Shown: positions 1 to 9,427 of the stretch, one piece after another | Layout of the letters: the number at the start of each line of letters is the position of its first letter | Numbering within the stretch: the stretch's first letter is position 1 | Origin: an uncultured Gammaproteobacteria bacterium | Lineage (GTDB): Bacteria > Patescibacteriota > Microgenomatia > UBA12405 | DNA length: 64,000 nucleotides | Assembly: GCA_964408995.1 (NCBI GenBank) | Contig: CAYPBP010000001.1 | Location: 74,823 to 138,822, forward strand | Direction: 5' to 3' | Translations under genes and position numbers: made by a program | The notes under the pieces: model-generated | The model's database searches: none | What the model saw: the letters and a program-made list of their open reading frames with translations, nothing else | Told to the model about the DNA's origin: nothing

Positions 1-22
1 CGAGCCATGTTATTCCAATAAT

Positions 23-568
23 ATGATTAAAAAATCATTGATTATTCTTTTTTGTCTTTTTAATATTTGGGCTATTGCTTATTTAATTAGCCCAACTCCA
101 ATTCCTCCAGACCTTATTAATAGTGTTAAATCAGATGAACCAGGGGACACCATTCAAATGAAAAATGTTTCTGCTTATTACACCAATATGACTCGAGCTG
201 AAGTTATGGATTTCTACAAAGAATACTATAATGGCCCTTTTAGAATTATTATCAATCATCCACCGGAAAGATCAAAAGAAATAATTAAAAACACCATGCA
301 AAGTTATTACTTAGAAGAATATATTTTGCCTTTCAAGGAGTCCCTTTATGTAAATGGTTTTGAATGGGAAAACGACGTCTTCACCAAACCTGAAAAAAGA
401 ATTAAAAATAAATTATTCTTTCAAGGCAAAGAGTATAAAACTAAAGTTACTCTTAAAACTTTCCCAACTTCAGTTCCTAAAAGAATTTTTGCTTTCTTAT
501 TTACCCAATCAGCTATTATTTTTGGTTTTTATCTTTACAAATCATTTTTATCTAAAAATAATGATTAA
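23..568 (+). CDS. Hypothetical membrane-anchored protein (N- and C-terminal hydrophobic helices)
   Basis: 181-aa ORF with hydrophobic termini; overlaps the start of the next GT gene. Confidence 0.7.
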   Translation: MIKKSLIILFCLFNIWAIAYLISPTPIPPDLINSVKSDEPGDTIQMKNVSAYYTNMTRAEVMDFYKEYYNGPFRIIINHPPERSKEIIKNTMQSYYLEEYILPFKESLYVNGFEWENDVFTKPEKRIKNKLFFQGKEYKTKVTLKTFPTSVPKRIFAFLFTQSAIIFGFYLYKSFLSKNND

Positions 569-1526
569 ACCTGTCCTTTCTATAATTATAGTTTCCTACA
601 ATACCAGTAAAATAACCTTAGACTGCCTAAAATCAATTTTAAAAGATAAAGGTCTTACTTTTGATTTGACCAAAATTAATAATAAAAATTTAGTTCCAAC
701 TGAAATTATTATTGTCGATAATGATTCAAAAGATAATTCTGTTGCTCAAATTAGAAAATTTATATCCGCCTATGGCGGACAACTTATCGCAAATAAGTTT
801 AATGCTGGTTTTGGAAAAGCTAATAATCAAGCTTTAAAAATAGCCAAAGGTAATTACATTTTATTTTTAAATTCTGACACTTTAATTCTTCATTCAGCCA
901 TTAGTCAAAGTTTAAATTGGCTCTGTTCTCATCCAGAGGCTTCTACTTGCACTGCTCAATTATTAAACTTGGACAAAACTATTCAAGCTTCTGGTGGCTT
1001 TTTCCCAAATTTAGCAAATGTCATTGCCTGGTGTTTAAACTTAGATGATCTTCCTTTGGTAAATAAAATAATCAAACCCCTCCATCCTCATACCCCCGAC
1101 TTTTACACTCGAGATAAATTTTATTTAAAAGACCGACAACTTGATTGGGTTACCGGTGCTTTTATGATGGTTAGAAATTCGCAATTAAAAATTACCAATG
1201 GTTTTGATGAAAATTATTTTATGTACGGAGAAGAAGTTGAACTTTCTTATAGAATTAAAAAAAATTATCCTAAATCTCAAACTTGGTATTTAGTCGGACC
1301 TCAAATAATTCACCTAGGTGGTGCTTCTGCTAAAAACAGAATTGACCCAATTTTAAATGAATACTTAGGCATTTTAGCTTTCTTCAAAAAACACAAAAAT
1401 AACTTGTCTTATCACTTGGTAAAATTTTTAGTCAAAATTAATGCTTTTAACCGTAGTATCATATACTTTATTAGAGGCAATAAAGTCAGTGCTTCAATCT
1501 ACCTTCAAACATGTTCAAAAATATAA
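561..1526 (+). CDS. Glycosyltransferase family 2 (WbbL/rhamnosyltransferase-like)
   Basis: SIIIVSYN, IIIVDNDS, GFGKANN, LFLNSD, GFDENYFMYGEE motifs; start moved to ATG 561. Confidence 0.9.
   Translation: MIKPVLSIIIVSYNTSKITLDCLKSILKDKGLTFDLTKINNKNLVPTEIIIVDNDSKDNSVAQIRKFISAYGGQLIANKFNAGFGKANNQALKIAKGNYILFLNSDTLILHSAISQSLNWLCSHPEASTCTAQLLNLDKTIQASGGFFPNLANVIAWCLNLDDLPLVNKIIKPLHPHTPDFYTRDKFYLKDRQLDWVTGAFMMVRNSQLKITNGFDENYFMYGEEVELSYRIKKNYPKSQTWYLVGPQIIHLGGASAKNRIDPILNEYLGILAFFKKHKNNLSYHLVKFLVKINAFNRSIIYFIRGNKVSASIYLQTCSKI
765..779. repeat. 15-bp GC-rich palindromic element TCCGCC-TAT-GGCGGA, in frame (SAYGG)
   Basis: Perfect 6-bp arms; same arms at 6603 and 57280. Confidence 0.8.
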
Positions 1527-2899
1527 ACATCTTCAGACCAATAATTGCTGTTTTAATTCTTTTTATTCCTCTCTATCCTAAATTCCCACTAGAAAGTGTT
1601 ACTGGCACTTATGTGGCTATTAGAATTGATGATATTGTTATCGCTATTGCTATTTTGTTTTGGTTAACTCATCAAATAATTCATAAATTTCCTGTTTTTA
1701 AAATAAAGATAACTAAATTCTTTTTAGTCTATTTCATGGCTATTATTGCTAGTTTTGTAACTGCTTTTTTGATTTACCAAACTGAATCAACAAATATCCT
1801 TATTCTTCACCTGCTTCGTCGTTTTGAATACATGTCTCTTTTCTTTATCGCTCTTAATAGTATTAAAAGTATTTCCGATTTTAGATTTAGTTATATTTTT
1901 CTTTTAATCTCTACTTTTTTTATTAGTGTTTATGGTTATGGTCAAAAATATCTCCAATTTCCAGTGATTTCCACCATGAACTCAGAATTTTCTAAAGGTC
2001 AGTTACTTCAAATGAATGTTTGGACTAGAATCAACTCAACCTTTGCTGGCCATTATGATTTAGCTGCTTTTTTGAGTGTTGTTTTGATTATTATTGCTCT
2101 TGTTTTTATTTTAAACAAAAACATCTGGGTAAAATTATCTAGTTTAATCGTCTGGATAACCGCTTATCCTATTTTTACTTTCACAGCTTCGCGTGTTTCT
2201 ACTTTTGCTTTCTTGGGTGGAATTTGTTTAACTCTTTTTGCCTTAAAAAAATATTTGTGGATTATCCCTTTTATCATTCTGGTCGGCTTTAGTATTTTTA
2301 ATTCAAAAGATTTAAATCAAAGACTTTTAGCCACCATTCCTGCTTTTCAAAAACAGATTAATAACAATGAGAAAGTAACTCCTCCTACTCCAACTATAAT
2401 TTCTGTCACCCCAATACCAACCCTTGCTATTTTAAAACCAACTCCCAGTATAATCCGTCACAAACTAGTAGACATTTATCCCACAGCCGATGCTGATGCT
2501 GGAGTTGCCAGATCAGGAGAAATTCGTTTTAATATTGAATGGCCCCGAGCTATTAATGCTTACAAAAAAAATATCATTACTGGTAGTGGTCTTGGATCAA
2601 TAACCTTAGCAACTGACAATGATTATTTAAGATTACTTGGTGAAAGTGGTATTTTGGGTTTTGTTTCATTTATGGCCATAAATTTATTTTTTGTCATAAA
2701 AACCATTCCTTTAATTTTCAAAAAGAAATTTACGACCTACAATCAATTATCTATCATCTTTCTTGGGGGATTATTTACTATGCTAGCTAATGCTATTTTT
2801 ATAGACGTCTTTGAAGCTTCAAAAACAGCTTATCCGTTTTGGATAATGATGGCTTTCTATTACCAAAGTTTAACTTTAAAAGATAAAAATTTAAAATAA
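1511..2899 (+). CDS. O-antigen ligase/polymerase (Wzy_C) family membrane protein with Pro/Thr-rich loop
   Basis: Many TM helices; RINSTF, TASR, GSGLG, DNDYLRLLGESGILG motifs. Confidence 0.75.
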   Translation: MFKNINIFRPIIAVLILFIPLYPKFPLESVTGTYVAIRIDDIVIAIAILFWLTHQIIHKFPVFKIKITKFFLVYFMAIIASFVTAFLIYQTESTNILILHLLRRFEYMSLFFIALNSIKSISDFRFSYIFLLISTFFISVYGYGQKYLQFPVISTMNSEFSKGQLLQMNVWTRINSTFAGHYDLAAFLSVVLIIIALVFILNKNIWVKLSSLIVWITAYPIFTFTASRVSTFAFLGGICLTLFALKKYLWIIPFIILVGFSIFNSKDLNQRLLATIPAFQKQINNNEKVTPPTPTIISVTPIPTLAILKPTPSIIRHKLVDIYPTADADAGVARSGEIRFNIEWPRAINAYKKNIITGSGLGSITLATDNDYLRLLGESGILGFVSFMAINLFFVIKTIPLIFKKKFTTYNQLSIIFLGGLFTMLANAIFIDVFEASKTAYPFWIMMAFYYQSLTLKDKNLK

Positions 2900-2906
2900 A
2901 AAAAAT

Positions 2907-4121
2907 ATGACCAAAAGAAAAATACTAATGATCACTCCTTATATCCCCAGACTCTCTCAATCTGGTGGTCAAAATAGTTCTTTTTATTCCATCAAATATC
3001 TTTCACCCAATAACGATATTACTTTAATCTGCCTTAGCCCTGATGAAGAAGGTCTTGATGATGTAAAAAAATATTGTTCTAAAGTTATTGTTATTAAACG
3101 CGGGAAAACATGGGATCCTAAAAAAATCATTTTAACTGGTTTTAGTCCTTATCCTTTTTTGGTGATGAAACATATTAATAAAGATTTTCGTCAAGCCATT
3201 CAACAAGAATTAGAAACTAACTCTTTTGATCTTATCCACTGCGATTGTTTTTACCCAATGCCCAATATCCCAAAAACTAAAGTTCCTATAGTTTTAGTCG
3301 ATTTAACAGTTGAATATGGAGTTTACGAACACTACGTTAGAACTCTTACTGGTTGGAAAAAACTTTTTGCTCCACTTCTTTGGATTGATGTTTTAAAACT
3401 AAAATTTTGGGAAACATATTATTGGAAAAATACCCACACTGTTATTGCCTTTGCCCATGAAGACCAAGAATTAATTTCTAAAATAACTAAAAGAAATGAT
3501 ATTAAACTTTTTCAAAATGGAGTTGATAGTAAATTTTTTGAATCTAAGCTAAAAACTAAAAAAAGTCCTTTTCCTTCTATTTTGTTTGGTGTTTCTAATA
3601 TGAAATGGATGCAAAACAGAGAATCAGTTGAAATGATAATGAAAGACGTTTGGCCAAAAGTTAAAAAAGAAATAGCAAATTGTAAACTTTATATTATTGG
3701 TCGACATGCCCCTGATTATTATGGTCATTATGCTAGCAATGACATCATTGTCAAAGAAGCCGATTTTGATGGTGAAAAACATGATCCAATTTATTATTAT
3801 CAATACTGTTGGTGTTTAGCTGCTCCAATGGGCAGTGGGGGAGGAACTCGTAATAAATTCCTTGAAGCCATGGCTTGTAGATTACCTATTATTACTACTC
3901 CAGAAGGAATGGGTGGTATCAAAATTGAAAATTACAAACAATCAATTATTTGTAAATATAATCAAATAGCTTCCAACACTATTAAGCTTTTAAAAGACAA
4001 AAATAAAAGAGTTTACATGGGTAATGAAGCTAATAAACTCATTAAAAGCAAATACTCTTATGAGAATAGTGTTAATGATTTAAATCAAATTTATCAAGAA
4101 ATTACTGATAAAAATAAATAA
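2907..4121 (+). CDS. Glycosyltransferase family 4
   Basis: FQNGVD, GTRNKFLEAMACRLPII motifs. Confidence 0.9.
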   Translation: MTKRKILMITPYIPRLSQSGGQNSSFYSIKYLSPNNDITLICLSPDEEGLDDVKKYCSKVIVIKRGKTWDPKKIILTGFSPYPFLVMKHINKDFRQAIQQELETNSFDLIHCDCFYPMPNIPKTKVPIVLVDLTVEYGVYEHYVRTLTGWKKLFAPLLWIDVLKLKFWETYYWKNTHTVIAFAHEDQELISKITKRNDIKLFQNGVDSKFFESKLKTKKSPFPSILFGVSNMKWMQNRESVEMIMKDVWPKVKKEIANCKLYIIGRHAPDYYGHYASNDIIVKEADFDGEKHDPIYYYQYCWCLAAPMGSGGGTRNKFLEAMACRLPIITTPEGMGGIKIENYKQSIICKYNQIASNTIKLLKDKNKRVYMGNEANKLIKSKYSYENSVNDLNQIYQEITDKNK

Positions 4122-4122
4122 T

Positions 4123-5034
4123 ATGGATTTATCAATCATCATTCTTAATTACAATTCCAGAGATTATCTAAAAAAATGTGTTGAAAGTATTGCAAAATCA
4201 AACATTGGTAATTATCAGTACGAAGTTGTCGTAGTTGATAATTGTTCCACTGATAATAGCGTCCAATTGGCCAAGCAATCAAAAGTACCAAATACTAAAT
4301 ACTTAATACTTAATACTAACCAAGGCTTTGCTCATGGTAACAACCAAGGCTTAAAAGAAATTAATCCTAAAACCAGATTTGTTTTATTTTTAAATCCAGA
4401 TACTATAGTGCTAAAAAATACTTTCAAAAAAATGATTGAATTTTTTGATACAAATAAAGAAGTTGATGCTGCTACCTGCCAAATTGATTTAGCCTTAACT
4501 GGAAAAATGCAACTAGAATGTCACCGAGGTTTTCCAACTCCTTGGAATTCTTTATGTCATTTTAGTGGCTTATCAAAAATGTTTCCCAATTCAAAAATAT
4601 TTTCCGGTTATTTTCTTGGCCATCTAGATAAAAGTGTTCCACATCAAATTGATGCTTGTGTTGGGGCTTTTTTGATGGTCAAAAGGGAAGTTGGTAACAA
4701 AGTTAAATGGTGGAACGAAAAATATTTCTTTTATGGAGAAGACATTGATTTTTGTTATCAATTAAAACAACAAAAGTTTAATTTATATTTCAATCCAAAT
4801 TGTAAAATAACTCATTTTCAAGGAGTTTGTTCTGGATTAATCAATAAAAGTAAACATCTATCAAAAGCTTCTAGAGAAACAAAAGTAAAAGTAGCCAAAG
4901 CCAGCACTCAGGCCATGCGTATTTTTTATCAAGAAAATTTATTTAAAAACTATTCACCATTCACCAGAGGATTAGTTATGTTTGGAATTAAACTTCTAGA
5001 AATACAAAGAGTTTTTAAAGCTAAATACTTGTAA
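4123..5034 (+). CDS. Glycosyltransferase family 2
   Basis: DLSIIILNYN, VVDNCSTD, LFLNPD, YGEDIDFC motifs. Confidence 0.9.
   Translation: MDLSIIILNYNSRDYLKKCVESIAKSNIGNYQYEVVVVDNCSTDNSVQLAKQSKVPNTKYLILNTNQGFAHGNNQGLKEINPKTRFVLFLNPDTIVLKNTFKKMIEFFDTNKEVDAATCQIDLALTGKMQLECHRGFPTPWNSLCHFSGLSKMFPNSKIFSGYFLGHLDKSVPHQIDACVGAFLMVKREVGNKVKWWNEKYFFYGEDIDFCYQLKQQKFNLYFNPNCKITHFQGVCSGLINKSKHLSKASRETKVKVAKASTQAMRIFYQENLFKNYSPFTRGLVMFGIKLLEIQRVFKAKYL
4283..4317. repeat. Heptamer tandem repeat (W)AATACT inside GT2 CDS
   Basis: AAGTACC-AAATACT-AAATACT-TAATACT-TAATACT. Confidence 0.75.
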
Positions 5035-5054
5035 AGTATGTTATTATATCAATT

Positions 5055-5327
5055 ATGAAAGCAGAAACCTTAAAAAGGTTTACAAAAATCTATGGTGAAT
5101 TTAATCCAGAACCTCCATTTGAAGCTGAAGTAATTGGTTCAACACCATACGATAATGGAAGTTCACCAGAAACATTTTCTGTCATTACTCGAGAAAAACA
5201 AAGCGGTGAGATATTTGAAGTATTTGAAACAGAAAAAAGATTAAATATCGGAGAAGAAGTTAAAGTTATCCCAATGGTCAATCGACATCAGTCTAGTGGT
5301 GGAACTATAACTTTTTATGATATTTAA
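5055..5327 (+). CDS. Small hypothetical protein
   Basis: 90-aa ATG ORF filling a gap in the GT operon; -10-like sequence just upstream. Confidence 0.6.
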   Translation: MKAETLKRFTKIYGEFNPEPPFEAEVIGSTPYDNGSSPETFSVITREKQSGEIFEVFETEKRLNIGEEVKVIPMVNRHQSSGGTITFYDI

Positions 5328-5433
5328 CCTGTAGCTGAATCACCTTAGAGTTTTACTTATAATCTAGTATCTTCTAATATCTTCTAAAGAAATCATAATT
5401 CAAATTGGTGTCACTTATATTGTAAAATAAGAA

Positions 5434-6600
5434 ATGAAACATATTGTCATCGACGCTCGTCTTTATGGCCCAAAACACACCGGCATTGGTCGCTACACTA
5501 AGAATTTACTCAAAGCCTTATCTGGTCTTTCCACTTTTAAAAAAAACAAATTTACCTTAATTGTTTATCAAGACTTAAAAGAGGAAATTAAAAAAGATTT
5601 AGGAAATAATTTTAATTATTGTTCCACCAATATTCGCCATTATTCACTTCAAGAGCAACTTTTCTTACCATTTGTAATTTACAAACTAAAACCAGACCTA
5701 GTCCATTTTACCCATTTCAATAAACCCATTTTATATTTTGGCAAATCAGTGGTGACTATTCATGATCTAATCAAACATTTTTTTAAAGGAAAAGACACTA
5801 CCACCCACAATCAATTTCTTTACAACATTAAACATATTGCCTATCTTCTTTTAATTCAATTAATTATCAAAAGAAACCAAATTATTGTCCCTAGTAATTT
5901 CTGGCGTGATTATTTAATCAAAAATTTTAATCTAAAAAACAAACAAGTTATCACCACTCACGAAGCCGTTGACCCAACTTTTTTACCTGCCCGCCAAGAC
6001 TGCCTGCCCGCAGTGTCTTCGACACAGTCGATGCAAGCGGGCAAAGCTGTCGCCGGGCCAACAACCCCCAATTATTTAATCTATACCGGCAATCTTTATC
6101 CACATAAAAATATTCAAGTTGTTTTAAAAGCTATCAAAAATATACCAGATGTTAAATTAAAAATTATTTGTGCTCGTAACTTTTTTAGTGAAAAATTAAA
6201 ACAACAAATTGATAATCTTGGTATTAAAAAACAAGTAGAATTTTTAGGCTTTTTAGATGACTTGGAATTTAAAAATGTCTATCATCAAGCCCTTGCTTTA
6301 GTTCATCCATCTTTAATGGAAGGTTTTAGTCTGACTGGACTTGAAGCCATGGCTCTAAACTGTCCTGTCATCTCTTCTAATGCTAGTTGTTTACCAGAAA
6401 TTTATGGCCAATCTGTTCTTTATTTCAATCCTCATAATTCAAAAGATTTAGTCAAAAAAATAAACGAATTAAAAAATAATCCAATACTTCGTCAAAAATT
6501 AATCAATCTTGGTCATCTACAACTCAAAAAATATTCTTGGACAAAAACTGCCAAATTAACCATGGCTGTTTATCAAAACTTATTATGCGAAGCAAAGTGA
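5434..6600 (+). CDS. Glycosyltransferase family 4 (mannosyltransferase-like) with 24-aa internal insertion
   Basis: TGIGRY, VVTIHDL, YTGNLYPHKN, EGFSLTGLEAM motifs. Confidence 0.9.
   Translation: MKHIVIDARLYGPKHTGIGRYTKNLLKALSGLSTFKKNKFTLIVYQDLKEEIKKDLGNNFNYCSTNIRHYSLQEQLFLPFVIYKLKPDLVHFTHFNKPILYFGKSVVTIHDLIKHFFKGKDTTTHNQFLYNIKHIAYLLLIQLIIKRNQIIVPSNFWRDYLIKNFNLKNKQVITTHEAVDPTFLPARQDCLPAVSSTQSMQAGKAVAGPTTPNYLIYTGNLYPHKNIQVVLKAIKNIPDVKLKIICARNFFSEKLKQQIDNLGIKKQVEFLGFLDDLEFKNVYHQALALVHPSLMEGFSLTGLEAMALNCPVISSNASCLPEIYGQSVLYFNPHNSKDLVKKINELKNNPILRQKLINLGHLQLKKYSWTKTAKLTMAVYQNLLCEAK
5986..6057. mobile_element. Nested GC-rich palindromic element inserted in frame (PARQDCLPAVSSTQSMQAGKAVAG)
   Basis: 72-bp GC-rich island; CCTGCCCGC at 5986 and 6003; inner hairpin GTGTC-TTC-GACAC; related to 57228-57267. 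Confidence 0.7.
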
Positions 6601-7697
6601 AGTCCGCCTCTGGCGGAACACCAAAAGTTGCTCTATTCTACGACTGGTTAAACCAGTGGGGTGGAGCTGAAAAAGTCTTATTGGACTTAATCAAAATTTA
6701 TCCAGACGCTCCAGTTTATACTCTAATTCACGATCCTAAAAAAACTAAATGGTTGCCGGCTAAAACAAAAATTATTACTTCTTTTATTCAAAAGTTGCCC
6801 TTTGCCAAAAATAATCCTTTCTTTTACACTCCACTCTATTCAATCGCCTTAGAACAATTTGATTTTTCTGCTTTTGACATTGTTATCTCTACCACCTCAA
6901 CTGTTGGCCATTGTTTGTTAACTCAACCAAATTCCATTTTTATTTGTTATTTTCATAATGTAAATCGTCACATTTATCAAAAAAAACATTTCTGGCCCAT
7001 CAGTCAATTAATTTCTAATTACAAAAAAAGTGATTACATTTTTGCCATTAGACCCGATTATTTATTTTGTAATTCCAAAACTGTTCAAAAAAGAATTGAA
7101 AATATTTATAAAAGAAAAGCTAAAATAATTTATCCTGGAATTGACACCTCCTTTTTTATGCCCTCAATTGTAAAAGCAAAAGAAAAATATTTCTTAACAG
7201 TTTCTAGGTTAGTTGCTCACAAAAAAATAGAATTGGCTATTAAAGCTTGTCATCAATTACATCAAAAACTCTATATTGTTGGTACTGGTCGAGATAAAAG
7301 TAAATTAACCAAATTGATAAAATCCATAAAAGATCCCAATATAAAACTATTAGGAAAAGTTGATGATAATCAATTATTAAATCTTTATCAAAATTGTCAG
7401 GCCTTAATTTGTCCTCAACTTGAAGACTTTGGTTTAACTCCACTTGAAGCTCAATCTTGCGGCAAGCCAGTTATCGCTTATCAAAAAGGCGGTTTAACTG
7501 AAACTGTAATCAACCATAAAACTGGTATTTTTTTTCAATACCAAACAGTAAAAAGTCTAGTTTTAGCCATCAAAAAATTTGATAAAAATAAATTTTTAAC
7601 CGAATCTTGTCGATTAAGAGCAATCAGTTTTTCCAGTAGCAACTTTATGCTAAACTTTAAAAAAGAAACTGACATTATATGGAAGAATCATCAATAA
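6585..7697 (+). CDS. Glycosyltransferase family 4 (WbaZ-like)
   Basis: DWLNQWGGAEKVL, EDFGLTPLEAQSCGKPV motifs; start placed at ATG 6585. Confidence 0.88.
   Translation: MRSKVKSASGGTPKVALFYDWLNQWGGAEKVLLDLIKIYPDAPVYTLIHDPKKTKWLPAKTKIITSFIQKLPFAKNNPFFYTPLYSIALEQFDFSAFDIVISTTSTVGHCLLTQPNSIFICYFHNVNRHIYQKKHFWPISQLISNYKKSDYIFAIRPDYLFCNSKTVQKRIENIYKRKAKIIYPGIDTSFFMPSIVKAKEKYFLTVSRLVAHKKIELAIKACHQLHQKLYIVGTGRDKSKLTKLIKSIKDPNIKLLGKVDDNQLLNLYQNCQALICPQLEDFGLTPLEAQSCGKPVIAYQKGGLTETVINHKTGIFFQYQTVKSLVLAIKKFDKNKFLTESCRLRAISFSSSNFMLNFKKETDIIWKNHQ
6603..6617. repeat. 15-bp palindromic element TCCGCC-TCT-GGCGGA, in frame (SASGG)
   Basis: Same arms as the copies at 765 and 57280. Confidence 0.8.
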
Positions 7698-8773
7698 AAC
7701 ATTATATTTTAATCCTCTGTGGTGGCACTGGACCAAGACTTTGGCCATTATCAAGAAAACATAACCCAAAACAATTTTTATCTTTTTTTAGTAAAGACTC
7801 CGTTTTGGAACAAACTATTAAAAGAGCTCAACGGACTGTTGATGTTGAAAATATTTACATTGTTTCAACCGGTAATTACTTAAATAAAATTATTAAAATT
7901 GCTCAAAAATTTAATTTAACTAAAAATATAATTATTGAACCAGATAAAAAAAATACCGCTCTGGCTATTCTTTATGCCACTACCAGAATAAAACAAATTG
8001 ATCCAAATGCTGTTATCAGCACTTTGCCATCAGACCATTACATTAAAAATGTTCTCCGTTTTAAGCAAACTTTGAATAAAGCCAAAAGAATAGCTTGGCA
8101 AACCGAAACCATTGTTACTATTGGTATTAAAGCAACTGGCCCCAACCCTTCTTATGGTTATATTTCGACTAAAAAAAAGATTGAAGATCACTACACAGTT
8201 TCTAAATTTGTTGAAAAACCAAAACCCAAAAGAGCTTTAAGACTAATTGAACAAGGTGCTCACTGGAATTCAGGTATCTATACTTTTAGTATCCCCACTT
8301 TAATATCTGAATTTGAAAAACTACAACCAGAATATTTCCAAACTTTTAAAAAATTAGAAGCTAACTTAGATTATCCTAAAAAAATTGCTCAAATATATAA
8401 ACAATCACCTGATCTCCCCATAGATAGAGCCATTTCTGAAAAATCATCAAAAATGACTATGCTTCCAGCTACCTTTGATTGGAGTGACATTGGCGAATGG
8501 AAAGCTATTTTTTTAAATTCTAATAAAACAAAAGATAATCTTGCTATCCTTGATTCAAAAACCCAATTTCTAAGCACTGGTTCTCAAAACTGTTTGGTCT
8601 CTGGAACAGAGGACAGATTAATCGGTTTAGTAGGTGTGGATAATTTGGCTATTATTGACACTCCAGACGCTTTGTTAGTTTGCAATTTAGACTCTAGTTT
8701 TAATGTTAGAGATTTAGTAAGCTTGATGGTGAAACATAAAAAATATAAATCATACTTTTTGGGTAAAAAATGA
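7679..8773 (+). CDS. manC: Mannose-1-phosphate guanylyltransferase
   Basis: ILCGGTGPRLWPLSR, PKQFL, PSDH, FVEKP, WNSG, WSDIG motifs. Confidence 0.92.
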   Translation: MEESSIKHYILILCGGTGPRLWPLSRKHNPKQFLSFFSKDSVLEQTIKRAQRTVDVENIYIVSTGNYLNKIIKIAQKFNLTKNIIIEPDKKNTALAILYATTRIKQIDPNAVISTLPSDHYIKNVLRFKQTLNKAKRIAWQTETIVTIGIKATGPNPSYGYISTKKKIEDHYTVSKFVEKPKPKRALRLIEQGAHWNSGIYTFSIPTLISEFEKLQPEYFQTFKKLEANLDYPKKIAQIYKQSPDLPIDRAISEKSSKMTMLPATFDWSDIGEWKAIFLNSNKTKDNLAILDSKTQFLSTGSQNCLVSGTEDRLIGLVGVDNLAIIDTPDALLVCNLDSSFNVRDLVSLMVKHKKYKSYFLGKK

Positions 8774-9408
8774 AAAAAATATTATTCGCTATTTTCAAAA
8801 GAACAATCGATATTGTTGGCTCACTGATTCTTCTTATTTTGTTTTCAGGAATTATGCTTGTAACCATGATTTTAATTAAATTAAGCTCACCTGGACCTAT
8901 ATTTTTTAAACAAAAAAGAGTTGGTAAAAACAATAAAGAATTTTGGATGTATAAATTTCGATCAATGTACACTGGCGACAATGATAAAAGACTAAAAGAT
9001 AATTACCCAAAATTATGGGAAAAATATAAAAATAATGGCTGGAAATTACCTATGTCAGAAGATCCTCGAATTACTCCAATTGGTAAAAAAATTAGATCTT
9101 TAACTATTGATGAATTCCCTCAATTAATAAATGTTTTAAAAAGTGAAATGAGTTTAGTTGGACCAAGAGCTTATCGAGATGAAGAACTTAAAGAACAAGA
9201 AATTAAATATCCAAAAACTAAAAAATATATTGAAATTATAAGATCAGCCAAACCTGGTATCACTGGTGTTTGGCAAACTTCAGGTAGAAATGATATCTCT
9301 TTTGAACAAAGAGCTAAAATGGATGCTGAATATATCCAAAAAAAATCATTCATTGGAGAAATAATGGTAATTTTAAAAACTCCAATGTCTATGTTGTCTC
9401 GATGGTAA
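8770..9408 (+). CDS. Priming undecaprenyl-phosphate sugar phosphotransferase (bacterial sugar transferase family)
   Basis: KRTIDI, YKFRSM, DPRIT, DEFPQL, MSLVGPR, KPGITG motifs. Confidence 0.92.
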   Translation: MKKILFAIFKRTIDIVGSLILLILFSGIMLVTMILIKLSSPGPIFFKQKRVGKNNKEFWMYKFRSMYTGDNDKRLKDNYPKLWEKYKNNGWKLPMSEDPRITPIGKKIRSLTIDEFPQLINVLKSEMSLVGPRAYRDEELKEQEIKYPKTKKYIEIIRSAKPGITGVWQTSGRNDISFEQRAKMDAEYIQKKSFIGEIMVILKTPMSMLSRW

Positions 9409-9427
9409 TTTTAGTTTAAACTTAAAT

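Noticed and set aside
354-560. N-terminal extensions in the ORF track (354, 6537, 18530, 24595, 29050, 35547, 37375)
   Set aside because: They overlap upstream genes or promoters; downstream ATGs fit the family N-termini better
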